From an uncultured Pseudomonadota bacterium (lineage in GTDB: Bacteria > Oederibacteriota > Muellerivitia > Muellerivitales > Muellerivitaceae), in NCBI GenBank assembly GCA_963843375.1, contig CAWJKT010000014.1, forward strand, positions 178,416 through 242,415: 64,000 nt of DNA. Reading direction: 5' to 3'. The notes beneath the pieces were generated by a model. The model saw only the letters and a list, made by a program, of their open reading frames with translations. It had not been told where the DNA came from and did not search any database. This document shows, piece after piece, positions 10,147 to 20,943 of the stretch (positions within the stretch are counted from its first letter, which is position 1; the number at the start of each line of letters is the position of its first letter). The position numbers and the translations under genes are program-made.

Positions 10147-10971
10147 ATGAAACGATCGAAATCCGGCTTTTTTATTTTTCTTTTCGCAGTCTTTGGTTTT
10201 GCGATTTGGTTGTCGGCTCCATTTCTCCTCCGGGCCGAAACCAGCAAATCGACGGCTGATTTTCTCAAGAAATTGAATGGTTATTACTATTGTCTTTCAC
10301 GGGAGGGAGTGAAAAATTATCACTGCGAATTAAGCTGTTCCTTGTCCGGGGACGTGAAAAAAAATCTGCAATCCATGGGGATTTACGATGAGAAACTTTG
10401 GGAGGCCGTGAAAGGTTTCCGTTTTTCTGTGAATGACACCATTGGTCAACCCATATCGATAGTTGCGGCCCAACCGGCCCCAACAGGGGATGCGCAGTTG
10501 GACGGTCGGGTTGTCAAACTGGATGAAAATATTTTGGAAGTGGTAAAAGCCTTTTCTCAATTTTGGAAGGCGTTTGTGGTGGAACCTTTGAACGACCCCT
10601 CGGATCTGGAGCAGGGGAACTTGAAATTCCAAAGGTTATCCGACGGGTTTCAGGTCAGTCAAGCGGATCCCTCGGGCGGTAACGTCGCCGTTACTTTTGA
10701 TAAAAAAGGGAAAATGCTCCTATTCTCAATGGAAGGGAACGGGCCGAAGACTCTTGTCAAACCGGACTTTGTCTATTCTTCCAGGGGTTATGTGCTTCAA
10801 AGCATGGTTTTTACGGGGTCCGATGCGAGTCAGGAGTGCACGATTCAATATGGTATGGAGAATGGCCTATGGATGCCTAAGAATTTGACCTTCCAGGTCC
10901 AACTGCCGGGAATTCCAGGCACTAACATTGAACTCCTTTTTAATTTTATTAATTATCGAATCAATAATTAA
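10147..10971 (+). CDS. Hypothetical secreted protein
   Basis: 274-aa ORF with N-terminal signal peptide and beta-rich C-terminus; starts 21 bp after xylF. Confidence 0.7.
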   Translation: MKRSKSGFFIFLFAVFGFAIWLSAPFLLRAETSKSTADFLKKLNGYYYCLSREGVKNYHCELSCSLSGDVKKNLQSMGIYDEKLWEAVKGFRFSVNDTIGQPISIVAAQPAPTGDAQLDGRVVKLDENILEVVKAFSQFWKAFVVEPLNDPSDLEQGNLKFQRLSDGFQVSQADPSGGNVAVTFDKKGKMLLFSMEGNGPKTLVKPDFVYSSRGYVLQSMVFTGSDASQECTIQYGMENGLWMPKNLTFQVQLPGIPGTNIELLFNFINYRINN

Positions 10972-11207
10972 ATCGAATAAATAAATTAAACGGGTAAAAA
11001 AGGGAAATCTGGATAAATTCGGCCCGTTTATTCGAGAAATAACGTATTTTTGGGCGAAAACAAAACGACAATTCAAGTTTGAATCGTTATTATGTTCCGA
11101 ATGATTTTTGGCAAAATTTTGGGTTTTATTGGAACTAATTCAAGAAACTCTCCGTCTAAGGGTTGGGAGTTGTATGTCCCAAAATAAAATTTTTTAGGAG
11201 TTTTAGA

Positions 11208-11411
11208 ATGAAGAAAGTTATTGCTGCTTTGATGACGATGTTGTTCTTGGGTAACGTCGGTTTGGTGTTGGCTCAGACGCCAGCCCCGGCCGCCGCCGCT
11301 GCCCCGGTCGCCACGCCAATGGCGAAGAAGCACAAAAAGAAGAAGAAAAAGGCCGCCGCTGTAGCCACTCCAGTCGCCGCCGACGCTTCTACCACGCCAA
11401 TGGCAAAGTAA
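11208..11411 (+). CDS. Small secreted Ala/Lys/Pro-rich low-complexity protein (Asr-like composition)
   Basis: AGGAG RBS and ATG 11208; signal peptide ending VLA-Q; KKHKKKKKK core; followed by a terminator. Confidence 0.75.
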   Translation: MKKVIAALMTMLFLGNVGLVLAQTPAPAAAAAPVATPMAKKHKKKKKKAAAVATPVAADASTTPMAK

Positions 11412-11445
11412 GCTGGGCCTCTCTCCTTCTTGGGGAGAATGATTG

Positions 11446-11478
11446 AAGCCTCCGGATGAAAATCCGGGGGCTTTTTTT
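11446..11478 (+). terminator. Rho-independent terminator
   Basis: AAGCCTCCGGAT-gaaa-ATCCGGGGGCTT stem followed by a T run. Confidence 0.8.
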
Positions 11479-11510
11479 ATGGATGAACTTCCTTGTGTTA
11501 AAATTTCCAA

Positions 11511-12095
11511 ATGTCAAACCACATCCGAACCGCCGTTTTTAATCATGCGCAAATCCAACAGGCGATTCAGGGAATGGCCGGGGATATATCCGCCTGGATC
11601 AAGGGAACGCCCGAAAAAGGTTTAAACTTGGTTTCCGTTCTGGAAGGAGCCCGGCCATTCACCCGTGATTTGACGGCTTGTCTCAATGAACTAATACCCG
11701 AAATTGAAATTTTTATCCATGAAGTCCGGGTGAAAGGTACGGAAGGGACGAATCTTTTGAAACAGCGGCACTGGGTGGGAGGAGGACTTGAATCCCGGAC
11801 CATCGGAAATTATCCAACCCTTCTGGTCGATGACCTCGTGGATTCTGGATTGACGCTCAAAACCTTGAAAGACGAAATTGTGGCCTTGAGGGTCAAGGAA
11901 GTAAAAACCGCGGTTCTTATACGAAAATTCGGCGAAGCCAGTGGCCCGGTGGACTTTTGCGGGTTCGACTTGAACCTGGACCGAGAAACTTTGTCTCGAA
12001 AGGGATTGAAAGATTATTGGCTTTTCGGATATGGAATGGATTTGGATGGCAAACAAAGGGAATTGGATAGCATCGGATGGATGGAAATAAGTTAA
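11511..12095 (+). CDS. Type I phosphoribosyltransferase (hypoxanthine PRT-like)
   Basis: PRPP-binding motif LLVDDLVDSGLTL; VLEGARPF and FGYGMD resemble HPRT motifs. Confidence 0.8.
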   Translation: MSNHIRTAVFNHAQIQQAIQGMAGDISAWIKGTPEKGLNLVSVLEGARPFTRDLTACLNELIPEIEIFIHEVRVKGTEGTNLLKQRHWVGGGLESRTIGNYPTLLVDDLVDSGLTLKTLKDEIVALRVKEVKTAVLIRKFGEASGPVDFCGFDLNLDRETLSRKGLKDYWLFGYGMDLDGKQRELDSIGWMEIS

Positions 12096-12205
12096 GGCGA
12101 TATCCCCGTGGGTCGGTTCTCTATTGCCAAGCATTATTTTGTATGAATTTGGTCTAAGAAAATTGGCTAAAGGGTTAAAATCTTAAAATTATTTAGTCGT
12201 GGGAT

Positions 12206-12862
12206 ATGTCGGGTCGAACTTATTTAAGGAGATTCACAAATATTATGGACTTTATGAACAATATTTTTTTTACTCAAAAGAGAAAAAAAGACGCCCGATA
12301 TTCCAGCGAATACCAAAAATATAAAAAAGCGATTCCGCTCAATTCCCATGATCACGCTTTAAGGTCCCAGTTCGTCAAGTTTTGCCTAGTGAGCCATTTC
12401 GCCCTGGAAGGCGTTCCGAAGGCCCATTTATCGGAAGCCTTGGCCCTCTATAAGGAAATCGCCAAGTCCGATTATTTCGATCCCCAGGTTTATTATCTGA
12501 TCGGGCGGTATTATCAGGACAAGGATGACCTCAAGGCCCAAACGGTTTACTTGGCGGGGGTTCGGCATTTCAATCGTTACGTCGAGAAGAATCCGGGTCT
12601 CAAATCAGATTACGTGGAATTGGCTTATGCCCTCGCCCTCAATTTCCTGACCCACCAATACGGCCAAATTCACCCGGATTTGGAAAAGTTCTTTAAAATT
12701 ATTCGGAAATCCTATCCCCTGCACAATAAACGGATTGAATTGGAGAACGAACTGAGGAAGACCTCCCCCAACCAGGTCCATATCAAGCAATTGGCCCAGG
12801 AACTTCGGGAGCTCAAAGCCATTGTAGAAAAACCCCGCCAAAAGTCCGATCTGCAAGAGTAG
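12206..12862 (+). CDS. Hypothetical alpha-helical (TPR-like) protein
   Basis: 218-aa ORF with DPQVYYLIGRYY-type helical repeat segments. Confidence 0.65.
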   Translation: MSGRTYLRRFTNIMDFMNNIFFTQKRKKDARYSSEYQKYKKAIPLNSHDHALRSQFVKFCLVSHFALEGVPKAHLSEALALYKEIAKSDYFDPQVYYLIGRYYQDKDDLKAQTVYLAGVRHFNRYVEKNPGLKSDYVELAYALALNFLTHQYGQIHPDLEKFFKIIRKSYPLHNKRIELENELRKTSPNQVHIKQLAQELRELKAIVEKPRQKSDLQE

Positions 12863-12939
12863 AAATCGGACTTCTTGAACCGATTATAAAAGATGTCTTT
12901 TCAGAGATTGACGGTTTTTCGGTCTCTAATAGACTCGGA

Positions 12940-13392
12940 TTGCATTTTTGGGGTGGAGATCATTTGAATAAAGAAAATTTTAATATTGAAAAAGTCCGGG
13001 GCAATTCCAAAGCATTCAAAAAACGTCTCGGGAAACGGCTCAAAGAATATACGGAAGCCAAGGGCGGACCTTTTCGACAAAAAGAAATCGCGTTTGTCGT
13101 GACCACGAAAAATGGAAAGTGGGTCGGGGGCTTGTTCGGCTTGACCTATTGGAATGCCTTGTTTATCGACTTGTTATGGGTGGAAGGGAAATACAGGGGT
13201 CGTGGCCTGGGATTGCAATTGATGGATCAAGCGGAGAATGAAGCCCGTCAAAGGGGATGCGCTTTTGCCCATGTTAACAGCCACAGTCTCCAGGCCCCAG
13301 GGTTTTACCGGAAGTTGGGTTATAAAGTTTTTGGAAAACTAACGGGTTTTCCCAAAGGCCAAATGGCTTATTCTTTTTGTAAAAAACTTTAA
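12940..13392 (+). CDS. GNAT family N-acetyltransferase
   Basis: LWVEGKYRGRGLG motif A and QAPGFYRKLGY motif B. Confidence 0.9.
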   Translation: MHFWGGDHLNKENFNIEKVRGNSKAFKKRLGKRLKEYTEAKGGPFRQKEIAFVVTTKNGKWVGGLFGLTYWNALFIDLLWVEGKYRGRGLGLQLMDQAENEARQRGCAFAHVNSHSLQAPGFYRKLGYKVFGKLTGFPKGQMAYSFCKKL

Positions 13393-13438
13393 TGATCAAG
13401 TTGCCGGTTAACGTGGCTAGGACTTTGGATAACGAAAA

Positions 13439-14445
13439 TCAGGAAAGATATTTTTTTACCAGTCGGTTAAGAACCGGGGCAAGTTCACCCCGGATGCGGG
13501 CATTGGCATAGCCTACCCAGTCCAATCCTGTGGTTGTGTCCATCGGCCCATCCAATGGGTGGCCCAAAGCGTCGGTTAAAATGATTCCGGCTTCTGAGCC
13601 CACTAGAGAAGCGGCCAAATCATAAGGATGGCATACATGACCCGTCCTTTTTCCCTCCCGATGGAATTTGGAATAAAGACTTTGGCGAAGGTCGGCGGTG
13701 AAACGGTCCTTGCCCATCAAGAGCTCGTAAAGCTGCCCGCCAGTGCTGAGGTATTGGTCGTCGAAAGCGGCGATCTCCCCGTCCTTCAAGTTTGGGAAAA
13801 GCTCTTTCACCATCTCCTCTTCCATGACCGACAGGAGATCCTTGCCCGGATGGACGAAACGGACGATCTGGCCAAATCCCCCCCTCAAAGTAGGCTCCTG
13901 GGTGGGGGAGGGCTTCAAGTTTTTCCGAGAGCCGTCTAATAGATTGCGGGTAAAGCCCTGGGTCATTTCCCCTTTCACGGCCCAAAGGGCGTCGCTTAAA
14001 AAGGCCCGGTCGGTGGGGATTTCAACCATCACGGCCGACCGGATCGCTAAAAGCCGCGTGGAAGGACCCTGGTTGGGGGCGGCTCCGGCAAGGAAAAAAG
14101 CCGAACGCTTTCCCACCATGAGTTCCCGGGTGCCGTCAATGGGATCCACTATCAAGCGCCAAGCGGCTTTGGCTTCGGACATTCCTTCAGGAAAGACATT
14201 TACTTTATCTTCGTTCATGCCTTCGGCGACCAGCACAATCCCGCCCAATCCACCGCCTCTTTTTCAAGGAATTTCCGGATGGTTTCTTCAGCCTCCAGGT
14301 CGATTTGATAGATGACGTCGGAAGCCGCCTTACCGTGAATTTTAGACCTGTCCTCCATAGGCCTGGAAGCCAGGGCTTTTCGGACATCATCCCTAAGCTT
14401 TTCGCCCAGTTGGAGGAGGGGATCAATAAGCGCGGAAGGGTTCAT
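13439..14445 (-). CDS. Inositol monophosphatase/FBPase-superfamily protein, split by a frameshift near 14245
   Basis: 14215..14445 (DVIYQIDLEAE) joins 13439..14248 (VAEG, IVDPIDGTREL, CHPYDLAA) if one base is restored in the G run near 14245. Confidence 0.8.
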
Positions 14446-14519
14446 GGATATCCTTCAAAAAAACTCCCGCCGCCAGGCCTCTTTGCCGCGGTGGGAATGG
14501 TTTGGCGGCGAAACGGACT

Positions 14520-15531
14520 CTATTTACGATTTTTAGTCGCCTTTACTCCGAACCATTTCTGGTGCCAGGCCCAGGCAGTCTTGAGGACGTTATTTAAGTC
14601 CGAATGTTGAGGGGTCCATTTCAAGATTTCGGCGGCCTTGCGGTTGTCGGCCACCAATTGGGGCGGATCGCCCTCGCGGCGGGGCCCGGTCTTCAATGGG
14701 ATTTTCTGGCCCGTCACTTTTTCGGTTTCGTTAATAACTTCTTTCACCGAATAGCCGTGTCCCGTCCCCAGGTTGAAGAAATCACTCTTGTCACGATTCA
14801 TCATCAACCTTAGGGCGAGGAAAGTGGGCTTCGGCCAAATCGCTTACGTGGATATAGTCCCGAATGCAGGTTCCGTCGGGCGTGGGATAGTCCTCGCCGA
14901 AAACCGTAATGTGGGGCCTGCGTCCCATGGCCGCGTCCAACACCAGGGGGATCAAGTGGGTCTCGGGATCATGCACTTCGCCTACTCGCCCCTGGGCGTC
15001 GGCTCCGGCGGCATTGAAATAGCGCAGGAATGTGGAACGGAAACCATAAGCCCGGTCGTACCAGGAAAGTATTTTTTCCAACATCAGCTTGGAATCGCCA
15101 TAGGGGTTCACGGGGTTTTGGGGGTGGTTTTCGGACATGGGAACTTTTACCGGGTCGCCGTAGGTGGCGCAGGTGGAAGAGAGGATGAAATATTTCACCT
15201 TGGCTTCCCGCATCACGTCCCAAAGTTGAAGGGCGTTGGTCAGGTTATCCCGATAGTACTTGGCGGGGTCGGTGACCGATTCCCCCACGTAACAATGGGA
15301 CGCGAAGTGCATGACGGCGGCGGGTTTGAACTTCTTAAAGGCCCGGCGCAGGGCCGCCATATCCGATAACTCCCCCTTTACTAGGGTGCCTTCTTTCACG
15401 GCCCATTTGTGTCCTTTGGAAAGGTTGTCATAGGCGACGGGCGTGAAGCCATGGGATGGAGCCCCCAACATGGCGTGACTTCCGATGTAGCCGGCCCCGC
15501 CGGTGATAAGAATAACTGGTTTTTTAGCCAA
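14520..15531 (-). CDS. galE: UDP-glucose 4-epimerase, split by a frameshift near 14822
   Basis: TGGAGYIGSH, YGDSK, LRYFNAAGA and CIRDYIHVSDLAEAH in the first ORF. The C-terminus (FNLGTGHGYSV...RREGDPPQLVAD) continues in 14520..14807 after removing one T. Confidence 0.92.
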
Positions 15532-15610
15532 GGTCGCCTCCCTTATGGAATTGGAACCCTTTTTACCATGAAGGACGAAAGAGAACGAGCTAAAAGGGAC
15601 TCCTAAGCCG

Positions 15611-17927
15611 TTAACTTTCCCTAATGGAGAATTTTACCTTGGGCGCGGCGCCTTTTATTAATTCCCAATCGGTACCCCGTTTGGCGACAACCAGCTCCCG
15701 AAGCATTTTGTCCCCGGGAAGCGCCACAAGGCCCTGCGACTCAACCGCCGAACCGAAAACTCTCAATTCCATTTTGGACCAATCCATATCTTGGGTGGAT
15801 TGGGAAAGGGCCAAATGGGGAATGACGGCGCCGTTTTTCACCAAAATCACGCAAGGAACCGCCCCCGCCTTGATCTTGTGCCATTTGCCCCCATGGTAAT
15901 TAGCTTTGCTTTGGTAATCCACCCAAAGTCCGGGGGGCAAATAAACGTCCCTTTCATTGGTTTGCTCGAAAAGAGGAGCCACCAGGATGTCCGAACCGAA
16001 GAGATATTCGTCCTCAATCAGCCAGGAAGTGAGATCTTCGGGGTATTCGAAAAAGAGGGTCCGGAGCATGGGGAAGCCCTTCTTGGAGCTTCTCAACCGC
16101 CTGGGCGTAAACATAGGGCATGAGTTTGTATTTCATTTCCACGGACAGGCGAAACTCATCCTCGAAGGGCTTGCCGTAGACCCATGGTTCCCGGGGCGGC
16201 ACACCGTGACAACGGCTGTGGGAAGTGAGCATTCCAAAAGGAGTCCAACGGCGGTAAAGTTCCTTTTCCGCCGGGTGTACGAAACCCCCGATATCGTGGC
16301 TCCAGAAGGAAAAACCGCAAAGGCCAAGCGAAAGACCGCCCCTTAAAGAAGAGGCCATTCCACCGAAGGAATCCTCGGCATCTCCCCCCCAATGAAGAGG
16401 ATAACGCTGGCTTCCCGCCCAGGCGCTTCTCGCCCAGATAATGTTCTCGCCGGTCACTTGCTTGGTGATGTCCGCGGCGGCCTTGTTGTAACGAAGGGGA
16501 TAATAATTGTGCTCCGCGAAACCCGTCTTGCCGGAATGGTAAACGCCCTTCAAGGGGGCCGCCTCGCCAAAGTCCACCTTGATGGCGCCCACGCCCATTT
16601 TTAAAAGACCAGCCAGCTTGCCCTGGTACCACCTGACCGTTTGGGGATTGCTGAAATCCAGCGTGGCGTCCTCGGTGGGCAGGTTTCCCTTGCCGTCGGT
16701 CACGGCCAATTTCTTTTCGAGGATTTCCTTGAACAGACGGTTCTTGGGATTGAAGTAGGATAATTGCCATAGGCTGATCTTGAAGCCCTGTTTGGCCAGG
16801 TCCTTGATCATCTTGAGCGGGTTCTTGAAGCGGCTGGTTGAGAATTTATAATCACAGCGCCAGTCTTCCTCGAACCAGCCCGTGTCCAAATGGATGATGT
16901 CCGAGGGGATTCTGTGGTCCCGCAACTTCTTCGCCACATCCCGGACTTCCTTTTCGGATTTGTAGGTGCAGCGACTCATCCAAAGCCCGAAAGACCAGAG
17001 CGGCGGGACGGGGCTTCGCCCCGTAAGGGCCGTGTACTCGGAAAGAACTTCCTTGGGCTCGCCTAGAAAAACAAAGAGATCCAGGTCTTCATCTCCTGTA
17101 AAAAGAGTGGTGGTTTCGCTGTAAGAATGGCCGAAATCAAATGTTGTCGGGTTGGTGGTGTGCAGGAACATGCCGTAACCCCGGCTGCTCATGAAGAAGG
17201 GGACGGGCTTGTACATGCCATCGTGCTGGACACCATGGCAGTCATAGGTCCAAAGGACCACCTTCTGGCCCCGTTTGTTGAGTTTGGTGAAGGACTCACC
17301 ACATCCATAGATTTTTTCGTCATTGGCCAGGCTGAAAGTGGCCGCGAATTGGCGGGCATACTCGGGGGTGGGGCGCTGAAAACAAAAGGGCAGGGGGTCA
17401 GTGTTGCGAAGACTGCGGTTGTCCTTCAAATGGACGGTTTTGGTCAGGAGCTTGCCTGAGGCGTCGCGGATTTCAATTGCCCAGGGATTCTCGACCACCG
17501 TGACTGATCCCGCTTTTCCTTTATAGGTGATCCGGCCTTTGGCCTTAGTGACTTTCCAGGGGTTGGTGGCTTTGGGATCGCCATTGAGCATGAGGGAAGT
17601 TTGTTTGGTTTTGAGGTAGTCGCGGCCCTTGAATCTGAGGCGAAGGGTACGATCGCCGTAAAAAGAAATCGAGAAGGGATAGGGTTCCTTCTCGCTTCCA
17701 TATTCAGCCGGGAATTCCCAAGGTGGATTGGTGATAAGGTTGATGCCCTCCTGGTTGAAGGCCATGCGCACCTTGTAGGCGTAGCGGCCCCAGAGGATAT
17801 CGCCGGAGGCCTTGGCGATGTCGAACCGGTTGAGCTTCTCGGGAAGAAAAATCGTGTTTTCCAGATTCGAGAAATTCCGGCTGACATCCACCGGGTGGTT
17901 CAGAAGGTTGTAGGGATGCTCTTTCAT
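15611..17927 (-). CDS. Cytoplasmic GH31 alpha-xylosidase (YicI-like), split by a frameshift near 16090
   Basis: IKVDFGE nucleophile, HWGGD, WSHDIGGF and HSRCHG motifs. The C-terminus PMLRTLFFEYPED...YLFGSDILVAP lies in 15611..16114. ATG 17927 follows an AAGGAG RBS; no signal peptide. Confidence 0.88.
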
Positions 17928-17952
17928 TTGAACTCCTTTATATAGCTGCGTT

Positions 17953-20706
17953 TTATTGTGGCACGGAACTAATTGTGACTGCGGCACTTTTTAAGTTGGG
18001 TGATGTCGCGGTTAAAGTAATATCCCCTGTTTTTCCATCCTCCGTTTGAAGGATGGCCATGCAAAGACCGTTAAAAGCTTTTCGGGCGCCGGCTTTGTCC
18101 GGCTCATGGCTGGAGGGGTCTCCGTTGGCTACACCCGCGATGTGGCCGGCTCCCGTTACCGTAAAGGCCACCGGATTATCGGCCGTAGGAACCACCCGGC
18201 CCTGATCATCCAGAATCTCCACCGTAATGGGGGTGGCGTCCTCCCCATCGGCCACAAGTTTACCGTTGTAGGGCGTCAGGCGGATAGAGGCTGGTTCACC
18301 TGTGGTTTCCACTTTGGTTTCGGTCATATAAACACCCTTCTTGTAGGCCTTGGCGGTCAGGACACCCGGCTCGTACCAGACCTTCCACTCCAAATGGCCG
18401 TTCTTCGGGGTTTCCTGTTTTCCCTGAGATTTTCCATTCAAGAATAGTTCCACCAAGTCATAGTTGGTGTGGCACCAGACGTCGACTTGTTTTCCTTCCT
18501 TGCCCTTCCAGTTCCAATGGGGGAAAAGATGTAGAACCGGTTTGTCGCTCCACCAGGCCTGGTAATAATAGAAATTGTCCTTGGGGAAACCGCACATGTC
18601 GAGGATGCCAAAGTGTGAATTAATACAGGGCCAGGCATAGGGGGTGGGTTCACCTCGATAATCAAATCCCGTCCAAACAAAACCGCCCGCCATCCAGGGC
18701 CGCTCGGCGATGGGCCGCCAGGCGGCTTCGGCGGTATAGGCCCATTCAGTGTGGTTCACGTCATAGGCGCTCACGTAGCCCAGGGTCCTGTCAGTCTCAT
18801 ATATACCTCGCGTTGAGACGGTGCTGGCCGTTTCACTGCCATAAAGGGGCACTTTGGGATGTTTGGCGTGATAAAGATCGTACATGTCAATGGCATAGTT
18901 GAAACCTTGTAAGTCCACTATGTCGGACAAGCCGCCCGGGCCCCAGCCGTAATTCATGGCGCAGGATACCAAACGGGTTTTGTCGAGGCTAAGGATTTTG
19001 TTTTTCATGGCCAACCCACGCGCTTTTCCCTGAGCCTTTCCTTGAACGGATTCCTCGTTACAGATCGACCAAAGAAAGACGCTCGGATGGTTACGGTCCC
19101 TAAGAACCATGCTTTCTAATTGATTGAGGATTTCTTCCGAATCCCCCAGGCGGCGGTTTTCGTCCATTACCAGGATTCCTAAACGATCGCAGGCGTCCAA
19201 TAACTCGGGGGCCGGAGGATTGTGAGAACAACGGTAGGCGTTGGAACCCATTTCCTTCAGCTTTTCCAGGCGATAAGTAAAGAGACGGTCGGGAATGGCT
19301 ATCCCTATCCCGGCGAAATCCTGGTGGTTGCAGGTGCCCTTGATCTTGACGGGCTTGTCGTTGAGAAAAAATCCCTTGTTGGCATCGAATCGGAAGGAAC
19401 GAACGCCGAAGGAAGTTTCCACTTGATCCACCGGTTTTTTGCCTTGTTCGACCAGGGTCACCCAGCGGTACAAATAGGGGTTTTCCAACGACCACCGATT
19501 GGCCTTGGGAATATGCCCCCTTTGGGTAATGGTTTTGGTGTTCCCTTTGGCCAGGTTGACCGGGGTGGAAAGTTTCAGGACGGTCTTGCCCCTGGCGTCC
19601 TTGATTTCCGAAACCAACTTGAAGGAGGCGAAGGAATCCGATTTGTTTTCCAGGGTTGTTTGAAGCGCAAGATTCGCGGAATTGCCCTGGGGTTTGGCCG
19701 TCACATAGGTTCCCCAGGGCGCCACATGCAGGGGTTCGGCAATATTCAACCAAACATGGCGGTAAATCCCTCCGCCTTCGTACCACCAGCCTTCCGAATT
19801 GCGGGCATCCACGTGGACTGTCAAAATGTTCTTGCCGCCAATAATTGCCGCATCCTTGATGTCGTAGCGAAAACTGGTGTACCCGCTCAAGTGGCGGCCC
19901 AAAGGCTTTCCGTTCAGCCAAACCCGGCTGTCGCGATAGATTCCATCAAAGTCGATCCAGAGGCTTTTTCCCTTGGCCTTGGCGGGAATTTCGAAAGTCT
20001 TGCGGTACCATCCCGTGTTTGTCGGAAGAAAACCATGGGAGGCGTCGCCCTTGGGATCGAAGGTTCCCTCCACCACAAAATCATGGGGCAGATGCACGGC
20101 GGCCCAATCTTTATCAGCGGTTTCGTCCAACACCACCGGCGGAACCTTTTCCTCCTGGCCGAGGGTTAATAGATATGTTTCCTTTATGTTGCCGCCCGCA
20201 TAGGTGTTTTCCACGAGAACCGCCAATTGGTTGGGGCCGCCATCCTTCCAGACGGAATCGAGGTTGATATCGAATGAATCGTTCCAGCCTTCGTGGTAAA
20301 GCATCTTGTGGCCGTTCACATAGACCGTTCCGTTATCGTCCACTCCGGAGAAATGAAGGATCCGGTGGGGACCGGGAACATTTGGAAGGTCGGTCCGGTA
20401 CCAGGCGAAACCGGGACTTTGGTTAAAGACATCCTGGCCGTTGGCCGCTGTTTTCCATTGCGAACCCGTCGTATTCACGTTGAGCCCTGCGGGGATCTCA
20501 TCGGTGGGTTTTGTTTTCGTCGGGCCCAGATAGCGCCAGGAGGGGATCAGGTAGCCGTTGTCCACTTCCGAACCCGCAATGGGACCCAAATGGAAACGCC
20601 AGTCGGCGTCCAGGCTCAAACGTTGGCGGCCTGAAATTTCGGCGGCTTTCATATTCATCGGGAGAACCAGCGCCAGCGACAGAAGCAGGACTTTTTTAAA
20701 AGGCAT
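17953..20706 (-). CDS. Secreted GH2 beta-galactosidase with an extra inserted sugar-binding module
   Basis: KGTCNHQD, AYRCSHNPP, RDRNHPSVFLWSICNEE (acid/base), YGSETAS (nucleophile) and WTGFDYRGEPTP. ATG 20706 follows a GGAGG RBS; signal peptide present. Confidence 0.92.
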   Translation of the reverse strand: MPFKKVLLLSLALVLPMNMKAAEISGRQRLSLDADWRFHLGPIAGSEVDNGYLIPSWRYLGPTKTKPTDEIPAGLNVNTTGSQWKTAANGQDVFNQSPGFAWYRTDLPNVPGPHRILHFSGVDDNGTVYVNGHKMLYHEGWNDSFDINLDSVWKDGGPNQLAVLVENTYAGGNIKETYLLTLGQEEKVPPVVLDETADKDWAAVHLPHDFVVEGTFDPKGDASHGFLPTNTGWYRKTFEIPAKAKGKSLWIDFDGIYRDSRVWLNGKPLGRHLSGYTSFRYDIKDAAIIGGKNILTVHVDARNSEGWWYEGGGIYRHVWLNIAEPLHVAPWGTYVTAKPQGNSANLALQTTLENKSDSFASFKLVSEIKDARGKTVLKLSTPVNLAKGNTKTITQRGHIPKANRWSLENPYLYRWVTLVEQGKKPVDQVETSFGVRSFRFDANKGFFLNDKPVKIKGTCNHQDFAGIGIAIPDRLFTYRLEKLKEMGSNAYRCSHNPPAPELLDACDRLGILVMDENRRLGDSEEILNQLESMVLRDRNHPSVFLWSICNEESVQGKAQGKARGLAMKNKILSLDKTRLVSCAMNYGWGPGGLSDIVDLQGFNYAIDMYDLYHAKHPKVPLYGSETASTVSTRGIYETDRTLGYVSAYDVNHTEWAYTAEAAWRPIAERPWMAGGFVWTGFDYRGEPTPYAWPCINSHFGILDMCGFPKDNFYYYQAWWSDKPVLHLFPHWNWKGKEGKQVDVWCHTNYDLVELFLNGKSQGKQETPKNGHLEWKVWYEPGVLTAKAYKKGVYMTETKVETTGEPASIRLTPYNGKLVADGEDATPITVEILDDQGRVVPTADNPVAFTVTGAGHIAGVANGDPSSHEPDKAGARKAFNGLCMAILQTEDGKTGDITLTATSPNLKSAAVTISSVPQ

Positions 20707-20943
20707 AGGACCTCCGGATTGGGCTGGGAACTCTCGAGAAAGCGATCCTTGTTTGGCATGAGTAGGGATTATGCCATTTTCTTTTGGGGCTTCAATGGAA
20801 AGCGACATTTTAAGGGTTGTGTTTAAATGGAACTAGCTGAAAAAAGTTACACGCTTTCCCGGCAGAGATTGGCCATCAGATAAGTAGAAAAGGCTTCTGT
20901 TCTTGGCTATGCTTTGCTGGCTCAAATGAAAGAGGAGGGAAGC

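Noticed and set aside
14215..16114. Programmed frameshifting or phase variation in galE, the IMPase-like gene and GH31
   Set aside because: The runs involved are only 2-4 nt with no slippery heptamer or long repeat tract; sequencing error is more parsimonious.
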